Source of the DNA: Takakia lepidozioides
Taxonomy: Eukaryota; Plantae; Bryophyta
Assembly: GCA_030704615.1 (NCBI GenBank)
Contig: CM060732.1
Location: forward strand, 76,570,001 to 76,634,000
Length of the DNA stretch: 64,000 nt
Direction of reading: 5' to 3'
In this document: positions 12,268 to 21,388 of the stretch, piece by piece
How the letters are laid out: each line of letters opens with the position of its first letter
Position numbering within the stretch: the first letter of the stretch is position 1
Notes under the pieces: generated by a model
The model's database searches: none
What the model was told of the DNA's origin: nothing
What the model saw: the letters and a program-made list of their open reading frames with translations, nothing else
Made by a program: the position numbers and the translations under genes

Positions 12268-15200
12268 CTAATTCAACTCCCTCACCATTGTGGCTCCTGT
12301 CTTTGGGTCAAAGTTCTGCAAGAATTCTAACATGTACTTCCGATGGTGCAATGTCCAATCCTTGTTTTGCAATCCTTGTAATCGCAGTTCCGTCAATAAC
12401 TTCACCGCGTATGGCGTCGCAATCGTCTGTTTCTGCAGGATTGTGGTGCTTTTCACCTTGATGTCCTCCATCCCTCTTACTCTCTTCATTTTAGAGAAAC
12501 CGTAAGGCTGTGGCTGTAACAACTGAAGTAATGCCTGCAGAGCACAAAGCACAAACGTATGATTGCCACAAAATGCTATGGGTAGTGTCCTGTAAACTTG
12601 CGGGGCTTGCAAGCATTGATCAAGAGAAAAGTTACTCTCTGTTGTTCTGTTTCCTCGCCACTGCGTGAGTAGTATCGCGAGCATATAATCTGCTAGTTCC
12701 CTCATAGCTTCAAAACTATCGCATTGATTGTCTGTCCCGTCAAGACACCCGTTACCTGGAACGACGCCGACTCTGGCGCTCAGAACCATTTCACTTTCTT
12801 GAAGTTGCTCCTGCTTCATGATTGGCTGTAACCGTTGTGACTGGATTTTAGAATTAATTTTCCTTAGTGGATTTTCCCCGCTGGCCTGTCCACTAGGATA
12901 ACACACGTGACAAGAAATTTGTTTTTCTGTACTCGCCGTATGTTCCGTTACCCTTTTTCCGTATGCAGTAATGGGCCCGCCGCCATTCATCCTCTTTGAC
13001 GTAGTAGGTAGGTACTTTGACGGCCACTCCCGTCCTTTTTCTTGATGACACCTGTTCTTGCAGCTCCTTCTCAGCTGTGCGTCACGGCCTGACTTCCACG
13101 CGTCCACTTTTAAACTGACTTCCGCCCTTTCTTCCGCCGGCCATTTCCCTGATGTTTTCTTTTGTCCACCTGTCACTAATCCTATGGACTGTGTAATTCT
13201 CATTGGCTGTGTGAGGCTGTGACAGGCTGTGCCGCCCTGTGCTAGGCTGTGCGCGACTGTGTGACACTGTGCTGGGCTGTGATAGGTTGTGTGACCCTGT
13301 GTTGGGCTGTGATGGGTTGTGCGACCCTGTGTTGGGCTGTGATAGGCTGTGTGACGTCGTGATGGGCTGTGATAGGCTGTGTCGCGCATTGATGGGCTGT
13401 GATAGGCTGTGTTTCGCCTTGATGGGCTGTAATAGGCTGTGTCACGCTTGTTCTGCCCGCCCTGGTCATATATGCTCGGCCTAGCAACAAGTGCTCCATA
13501 CTCCGTTGGTAACACTGGCGCAGCCCGTGACTGCTCTTGCGTTTCAACATGCAAATCATGCTGCAATGGTTTGTCATGGATACCACTGTACCCCTTCAAC
13601 TTATTGGCATTCACTCTTCCCAGCATTTCTTTGTTAATGGTTTGTAACATGGCCGTGTTGTTATCATACATCTTTTGTATGACATAAGGTCCTTTCCATG
13701 GTGATTTAAGCTTAGAAGCTTTAATCTTTCCCTTCTTCTGCAACCATAGAACCAAATCTCTCGTCTTAAAAGTTTTTAACTTGCCTTCATCAAACTGTTC
13801 CTTCCTCTTCATCTGAATTCTGGTCATATTATCAGCTGCATCAGCACGTACTTCTTCCACATGGTATAATTCATGTTTCCTGACCTTAATGGAATCTTGC
13901 AATTCCATTCTCTTTCCCCATTCCGTTCTCATGGTAGGTAACAAGAATTCCACTGGAAGTAAGACTTCCATACCATAAACTAAATGGAATGGTGTATACT
14001 TAGTGGTGACTTTATATGATGTCCTGTATGACCACAAGGCTGTCAGCAGCTTTGTATCCCAATCCGTTCTATTTGCATTGACTATCTTAGCCAAAATAGT
14101 ACATAGTATTTTGTTGGTAGCCTCTGCCTGCCCATTACCCTGTGGGTAATACGTTGTACTCTTCCTATGCACAATCATGAACTCTTTAGTCAATAATTCA
14201 ATGGTCTCATTAATGAAGTGACTTCCCTGATCACTGATAAATTCCATGGGACAGCCAAATCGTGTAAGTATGTTCTCATACAGGAACCTTGCTGTGGACT
14301 TGGCTGTGTTGTCCCTCAAAGCTTTAGCTTCCACCCACTTCGTAGTATAATCAGTGGCTGTAATTATGTACCTGTTTCGTGTATTCTTGGCTGGTGGGTT
14401 AATTGGTCCAACAAAGTCTAGTCCCCATTTCTGAATTGGTTCCGTAGGCATTGTAGGATGCAAGGCCATCCTTCCAGATCTCTGCAAAGGTCCTAGCCTC
14501 TGACATTCATCACAACTTTGATAATACTTGTGTACATCTTTGAATAAAGTAGGCCACCAGTAACCTGCGAGTAGTATCTTTCTACTGGTAGTCTCTTCTC
14601 CAAAATGACCTCTAGCCACTCCTTTATGAACTTCCTCCAAAACTTTATTTACTTCATGGTGGTACAAGCATCGTTTTAGTACTCCATCAGGTCCTAGCTT
14701 ATACATTCTGCTTCCTACCATAGTATAAGGTAAAGCTTTGATAGCGATTCTCTTCCTCTGCTCCTTGCCATAACTAGGTGGGCATTGACCATGAGTAAGG
14801 TAGTATCTGATTGGCCACTGCCAATCTAACCATTCATCTGCACTTCCTTGCACCTCCATTACAAATAAACTCGCATCAGGTAACTGATCGTCCACTCCTG
14901 TGGCGGCCTCTCCTGTTGTTAGTCGTGACAAATGATCTGCCACAAGATGCAAACGGCCAGGCTTGTAAATAACTTCGAACTCAAACTCATGCAAGATTAT
15001 TAACCACCTCGCTATCCTTCCACTTATCAAAGGTTTGTTCACCAGATATATCAGAGCCTGGTGATCCACATAAAACATAAACTTTCTTCCCAATAGGTAA
15101 TGCCTGAATTTCTTGACTGCATAAATCATTGCCAGTGCTTCTCTTTCAGTTGTGCTATAGTTCCTTTCAGCACTGTTCATCAACCTGTTAGCATAGTACA

Positions 15201-16296
15201 CAGGTGAATCTATATTTCCTGTAACATTCTGGGCTAACACCGCTCCCAACGTTTCTCCTGATGCATCGCAGTGAACATGAAATACTACATGCCAGTGAGG
15301 GTTAATCAGCACAGGTGTAGTTGTTACTGACAATGTAAGTTCCTCAAACGCCTGTTGACATTCAGCTGTCCATGCAAACACTGCATCTTTCTTCAGAAGC
15401 TTGCTCAATGGTGCTGCTATTTGTGCATACTTTTTGACAAATCTTCTGTAAAAACTGGTTTGCCCAAGGAATCTCCTTAAACTCTTAACATTCACTGGTG
15501 GTGGAGAGGCTTTAATGGACTCTGTCTTCCTGGGATCCACAAGAAGTCCCTTCTTACACACAATGTGTCCCAGAAGCACCCCTGAGTTCACACAGAAAGT
15601 ACACTTCTCTGGATTCAAGCCCAGACCTCTCATCCTGCATCTGGCCAGACACAACTCCAATTTATGCAAGTGCTCATTCTTAGAGCTGTACACACTGAAA
15701 TCATCCAAGAACACCTGCATGAAATCATCCAGATACTCATGAAAAGATTCACTTATTACTCTCTGAAAGGTTGCTCGTGCATTACAAAGTCCAAAGGGCA
15801 TGACTTTGTATGCATAAGCACCCCAGTCTGTGATGAAAGCTGTCTTTCCTTGATCTTCTTCTGCCACTTGTACTTGATTATAACCACTGAAGCCATCCAT
15901 GAATGAGTACATCTCATGGCCTGCCACAGTGTCCAATACTGCTTCTGTGAATGGCAAAGGGAATGGATCTTTCTTCGTACAAGCATTCAGCTTCTTGTAG
16001 TTCACACATACTCTTACTTTACCATTCTTCTTGGGAACTATAACAATGGGTGACAACCAAGTTGTATACTCTATTGGGTATATAAACTTAGCCTCAGCCA
16101 ACTTCTTGATCTCTTCTCCAACCTTCTGTGTGTAGTTGGGATTCATCCTGTATCTCGCCTGTTTAACTGGTAATGATCCTGGTTCCAGTTCAATCTTATG
16201 TTGACAGATCTCAGGTGGTATCCCCTTCAGATCCTCATAGCTCCAAGCAAATACATCTCTGTATTTAATGAACAGACTCTTTGCTTCCTCAAAGAA
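12268..16296 (-). pseudogene. Gypsy pol: reverse transcriptase, RNase H, integrase and a long C-terminal extension
   Basis: WLSPIVIVPKKNGKVRVCV, MDGFSGYNQV, MPFGLCNA, VFLDDF (RT); HCDASG...NYSTTEREALA...YVDHQAL (RNase H); HKGVARGHFG...CDEC, WGLDFVGP, SDQGSHF, NGQAEATN, WKGPY (integrase). In frame with the upstream ORF across the stop at 16297-16299. Confidence 0.95.
13201..13445. repeat. Minisatellite of 10-bp GGCTGTG-core units with a 30-bp higher-order period, read in frame in the pol extension
   Basis: gatgggctgt gataggctgt gt... It encodes about 8 copies of TAYHSP(S/T)xxx-like peptides in ORF 12268..16146. Confidence 0.9.
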
Positions 16297-19200
16297 TTAT
16301 GGCTCTAGATCCGTCCCTACCTTCACCATCCTTGGTTCCTTCTCTGTTCCTACATTTACTTCCCTCACCTGCTCATCAGCTGTTATTGTCCAACCAGTCA
16401 CCACTTCATCCTGTAAGCTCATAGTGGCTGGTTCCTCTAGGATTTCCATTTCTCCTTCTCTTTCTTCATAGAAATGTGATGGGTAACTGCTGGTTTCCTC
16501 TTCAGTTGGTGTTGATGTCACTACACCACAGCAGATACCTCTTAAACAACTTAGGCTTTCCAGCCGCATCTCTGCAACCTGCTCCCACTCTGGGTGTGCA
16601 GCAAACAAGGTAGCTTCCTGTTCCTCATCCAGTCCTTCTTTCCAATCATACTCTCTGACCCCTCTTGGTCTTCTTGTAGCAGATAGTCTTTCAGATTTCT
16701 TAGTGGTGATTTGTATCTTGTTCAACCCATCCTGCACAGTCAGTAACTGTGAATTCCAATCATGAGACACCTTGGCTTGTTTCAGCCATGGTCTTCCCAA
16801 CAATAAGGAATAAGCTTCCAGGACTTCATTCATCTTCAACACAGTTATTGTGATCTTAAAGGTCATCTTTTGAATCTGGATTTTAACTCCTCTGATTAAT
16901 CCCAATGGCTGTACACTCCTTTGGTCTGCCATGGTTATTGTAAATGGGGCTGGTTTCATGTTGTTTAGACCTAGCTTCTGTCTCAATTGGTCTGTCATGA
17001 TATTCACACCAGAGCCTCCATCTATCAGTACATCTGCCAGCTCTGTGCTTCCAATTCTCAACTGGATAACGGGCATAGAATCATCAAAATCCATGACTGT
17101 TTCTTGCCCTTCTGGCCTCACATTATAACTGGTCACCTTGCTGTTCAGGTCTGTGTTCTCTGTCAATTGGGCAATCCTGTTGATTGCTTGATACAGCCTG
17201 TGTCTACAATAAGGTACCACAGCTAATAGCTGTCCAATGGTAATTTCCACTTTGGACTGGCATATCACTTCAGCCAATGTCCCTTCCTTACCCTGCACTT
17301 CTGCAGCTTCCCTCTTTCCTTCTTCCTCACTGACCTCTTCTTCTCCTTCAGAGTCTGAGGAGTCTACCATGGGAATATCAGTACTCTTCTGCATTTCCCG
17401 TATGGTATCCGCCACTTCCTTGTGCAGTTCCTTCTCATCTCTCCAAGCCTCATCATCTTCAGGCACATCACTGCCATCTTCATTATCATCAACTTCATCT
17501 TCCACTGGAGGTACTATTTTGGCTCTGCTTCTTGTTACTATCATTGTACTCACTTCCGGTACAATACATGGCCTAACCATGTGGGCTGCCACTACTGGCC
17601 CCTCATTCCCATGAGCTCTCATCTCATTCTGGTGTCTGATCCAGAATGGACAAGCCGCCTTACGATGTCCTGTCTGATTACAATAGTAACACAGTTCTTC
17701 TCCATTGGGTCCTCGCCCTTGGTCTGCTCTGGGATTATTTCTGTAATCCTGATTCCCTGGCTGGTAATTCCCTCTTGGATTACCCTGATAGCCACCCCTG
17801 GGATGTCCCTGGTAATTCCCTCTTGGATTACTTCTCCTTTCCATGCCATTGTTATAACCACATGTCCTACCATAGTGGACTTGATCATTGTTTCTTCTTG
17901 GCTGGGGTTGCACTTGATGCACCCTTACTTGCCTAGGCTCTCTTACTGCTGTTCTTCTATTGTAGTAACAATTCTCTGTAGAATGGTTATCCATTTTACA
18001 GATAGTGCAGTGTTTCTCCTTCATGTGGCATTCAGTAGTGGTGTGGCCTTCATTCTGGCATTTTGCACACCAAACACCCTTCCTCCAATGTGTTGCAGTC
18101 TCTGTGGCATATTTTTTCAAGATTTCTTCTAATCTCTTCTCATAATTTTCCCTCTTCATCTTTTCCTTCTTTTTACTCTTCTTCTTATGCTCCATCTCCT
18201 CTTCTTCTTCTGACTCATCCTCAGAGTCATCTTCATCTCTTTTCTCCTTCCTGAGCATTCCCAACTGCTCAATTCTGTTTGCTGTTTCAAATGCCTCCTC
18301 CACTGTATTGTGGGGTAACATGTCTACTTTCTTTTGCAACTCTGGCCTTAGTCCATTCACAAACCAAGCCTTCTGCAATCCTGGTGCTGGTATAGCAGCC
18401 AACTTTTTCATCATCAACTCCATTTTCTCCATATACTCTTCAACAGTTTCATGCTTCTTCTGCTTCAGCTTTACTCCCATACACTTCATCTTCAGTTTTA
18501 CTGGTCCTGAACCTATTTCGGAACGCTGTACTCAAGCCATTCCAGGTTAAGAAATGATTATCAGGGAATCTTGCATACCATTCACTGGCTTTCTTTATAA
18601 GTGAACACGGAAACAGTCTCATCTTGGCATCATCGCCATTCTCATTGTTCACTATACATATGTGCTCAAATTGGCTAATGTGTACATCAGGATCCCCTTT
18701 CCCTGAATATATCGGAAAAGGTGGTTTAGCCCGTGTTGGTTGTAACGCCATCTGCGACCCTACACTCTGCCCCCTGACAGTTGTTGGCCTTTTGGCTGAT
18801 GCTGGTCCTTGTGGACCTATAGTATTTGTGGTGGTTCTTCCACCAATTACTGGCCCCTGAACCCTTCCTGTTCCTGGCCTTTCTATATTCACAGTATTCC
18901 CAGCCTCAGTTGCACTACTTTCCACACTCCCTGTCCCCCCAGAGCCAGATCCAGGTCTTCCGTCTGATCCCTCTGAGCCGACACCTTCGTTGGCCTGTGA
19001 TCCAAGTGCTCCACTTGATCCAGGTCCAACGGGTTGGGATGTCCTGGTTGTAGTCTCAACCTCAGCTGCTGGGTCTACTTCTTCATATTCTTCCTCTTCC
19101 AATTTCTTCTCTCTGTTTTCATCCTCCAAGTTCTGCCCTTGGTTTTCTTCTTCTTCATTCATGTAACTATTTTGTAATAATGTTGGAGAGTTTGAACTCT

Positions 19201-19570
19201 CCGCTGGTTCTGCATCCTCCTCTTCTGCTCTCGAAACTGGAGTTCCTGCTCTTGGTGTTCCATGCCAACTCTTATCAAAGATTTCTGCCAAATCTTTTAT
19301 CCAGGGATGTACCTCAGATCTTCCACCTCGTGGTTGATCTTCTTCCTCTGCCAAGTCCCTTAATCTTTCTTGCAAAGAAAAAGAAGGTGTGGTATCCAAC
19401 TCTAGCTCCTCTGGTATATGTGATGTACTCCCTGATCTCAATGGTGTGAGAGGTCCAGATGATTCCCCAATGTCTATTCCTCTCTCCCACAGGTATGGAT
19501 AATGAGCTTTCAGATAACTTTATCTTTTTGCTGAATATCTTTGGAGCTTAGCTTCTCTTTCATCACTCAT
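16297..19570 (-). pseudogene. Gypsy gag (three CCHC zinc knuckles) and aspartic protease
   Basis: FPIYSGKGDPDVHISQFE...LFPCSLIKKASEWY (retrotransposon gag); CAKCQNEGHTTTEC, CTICKMDNHSTENC, CYYCNQTGHRKAAC; VLIDGGSGVNIM...LLLGRPWL (protease). Frameshift near 18490 and a premature stop near 19520 after the likely ATG at ~19570. Confidence 0.9.
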
Positions 19571-19591
19571 GTCCCATATCTTTCATTTCTT

Positions 19592-20287
19592 TTAGAGTGG
19601 CAACAACCAAAATTCTCTCCTGTAGTATCTCTCATATATGCCTGGGTTTCTTTCCAGCTTCAATGTACCTCTGACTATACTGGAAGTCTCCGTTACCATA
19701 TAACCATATGGTAAACAAGTCTGAAAAGCTGTTCTTGGTGTAAGTTTGATCCACAAGATATCCTTTGGAATCCAATTCTTTACCAATACAAGCTCCTCAT
19801 GCATATGAGTGTAAACATTCACTTTCCTTTCCTCCCAGCTTTCAAACTCTACCCGCTTAATAGATAGTAAGGCTATCACATAAACCAATGTTGGTAACCA
19901 CCGTGCTCTTCCTCTACAGGCTACCTGATAAATCTTTATCACTCCTTTCTCTAGACCCCATTCCGGATCAGCATCATGCACTCGCTTAAGAATATTTTCT
20001 TTACAACCGTCTGGCAATTCCAAGAACCTTTGAAAGAATTGTTTGGACAATCTTTCTTCCTTCGTTCCACAGGGAATTTGATTCACTTCAAATTTTTTAA
20101 TCCTCCAACCACCATGATCCCACCAGATGCCTGTCACATCTGGTTGTTCATGACTCAGTTCCCCAATATGGTCGCCAAATGTCGCGCGGCTTCTACTCAC
20201 CCATCCCTTCGCTATCCGAGGCGGAAACTCCAAGATAGAAGAGTTGGAAATCTCTAAGTACTCAGCCTGCTCAGAACAATCAGTCAT
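19592..20287 (-). CDS. Extra 231-aa ORF upstream of gag, function unknown
   Basis: Uninterrupted ATG-initiated ORF on the same strand as gag-pol, ending about 20 bp before the likely gag ATG. No motif recognised. Confidence 0.55.
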   Translation of the reverse strand: MTDCSEQAEYLEISNSSILEFPPRIAKGWVSRSRATFGDHIGELSHEQPDVTGIWWDHGGWRIKKFEVNQIPCGTKEERLSKQFFQRFLELPDGCKENILKRVHDADPEWGLEKGVIKIYQVACRGRARWLPTLVYVIALLSIKRVEFESWEERKVNVYTHMHEELVLVKNWIPKDILWIKLTPRTAFQTCLPYGYMVTETSSIVRGTLKLERNPGIYERYYRREFWLLPL

Positions 20288-20796
20288 GACCTACAGCTAG
20301 TGTATCATGGGGGTGTTTCCTATTTGTTTTCCTTCCCGCATTCATGTTAGCTAGTTACCTTACTGCTGGTAATTAAGTATCAGTTTGCTCCATCAACTCA
20401 TCCATTCATTCCACAGCTTCACTCAGATCCCTCTACACAGTGTGAGTATGAAGTGTGTATCAGATTAATATCTATCAAGTATCAGGCTAAAGTCCTGGAG
20501 TCTCTAATCTGCTCTACATTATAATTCTACTGCTTGCTATCATTAAGCATCAACAGATCCTCCTCCTACTCCGTGCTCTCCATCTTTCTGCTCAGAGATA
20601 CGCTCTCTCCTCCTTTCCCCAAGTGATGTCCGAAGTCTCCCCCAAGAAGTCCCATCTCTCGTCTCCGCTGCCCGCTTTATCCCTTCCCCCCTGTTCTAAC
20701 CGTTTTCTTTCACTAACCGTCCTCCGTGAATTACATGTTCCCCGGCAGATGTTGTTCCCCACAGTCGTTCCCTGTCATGATAACCGTTCCCTACGA

Positions 20797-20952
20797 CTGT
20801 GACGGCTGTTTCGGGCTGTGTCGGGCTGTGACTGGCTGTGTATGGCTGTGACGGGCTGTGACTGTGACGGGCTGTGACTGGATGTGACGGGCTGTGTATG
20901 GCTGTGACGGGCTGTGACTGTGTCGGGTTGTGACTGGCTGTGACGGGCTGTC
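20797..20952. repeat. 10-bp-period GGCTGTG tandem repeat at the 5' end of the Gypsy segment
   Basis: tcgggctgtg tcgggctgtg actggctgtg tatggctgtg acgggctgtg ..., about 15 degenerate units. Confidence 0.9.
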
Positions 20953-21169
20953 TTAAAAAATTAAGGGTACCCCTCAGAGGGCAACTGCAGGTGCCATTGG
21001 TGCATTCTCCCTTCTTTTGTCGTTGGCAGTTGTATTCGTGTCTTGGATATAGAAGTGTCTAAGTCCCAGACTCCACAGAACCCATGAAAATGCCTAAGTC
21101 CCAGACTGCCTCCTAACACAGTGGCGCACGTGTCCCGCTGAAGCCTCTCTATGTAGGCAGCGCTCAACA

Positions 21170-21384
21170 GACAATGTAGTCATATAGTTGTGACTGCAAC
21201 CCTCTCTGCAGCAGAACTCCAGGTGCCACGCAAGCAGTCATGGATATGACTTGCAAAATGCAGTCCTAAAGACTAGTCGCTATGACAGGGCTTTTTTCAC
21301 TACAGAGTGATGTAGTCATGAACGCATATAAGACTGAAAAAATAGTCATATGTGAAGTCATAAAAACGCTCATCTGTTGTAGTG
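21170..21384. repeat. Right subterminal repeat field and TIR of the CACTA element
   Basis: Repeated (GT)AGTCAT motifs ending in ...CATCTGTTGTAGTG. Confidence 0.85.
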
Positions 21385-21388
21385 TACC

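Larger units (their letters stand above)
12079..20954 (-). mobile_element. Ty3/Gypsy retrotransposon segment nested in the CACTA; no LTR pair found
   Basis: gag-PR-RT-RH-INT order on the - strand. Boundaries are inferred from interruption of a CACTA exon (FRVGDEVRLLDVNSKRKKCGVA | KIKGTP...) and are approximate. Confidence 0.8.
1013..21384. mobile_element. CACTA/EnSpm DNA transposon (~20.4 kb including the nested Gypsy segment)
   Basis: Left end CACTACAAGAGATGAGCGTTTTTAGGACT (1013-1041) and right end AGTCATAAAAACGCTCATCTGTTGTAGTG (21356-21384) are inverted repeats with 27/29 matches. ATGACT/AGTCAT subterminal motifs occur at both ends, and a Tnp2-family transposase lies inside. Confidence 0.93.

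Noticed and set aside
13239-13586. Repetitive ORFs (LGCDRLCD..., QPITAH...)
   Set aside because: Alternative-frame readings of the 30-bp minisatellite.
20290-20330. Possible LTR end and primer-binding site (…ATGATACA on the - strand)
   Set aside because: No recognisable TGG-initiated tRNA-complementary PBS and no second LTR copy to confirm it.
21282-21388. N-terminus of the 342-aa ORF 21282..22310
   Set aside because: It is read through the CACTA right subterminal region and TIR; the real upstream coding sequence is 396-1012.
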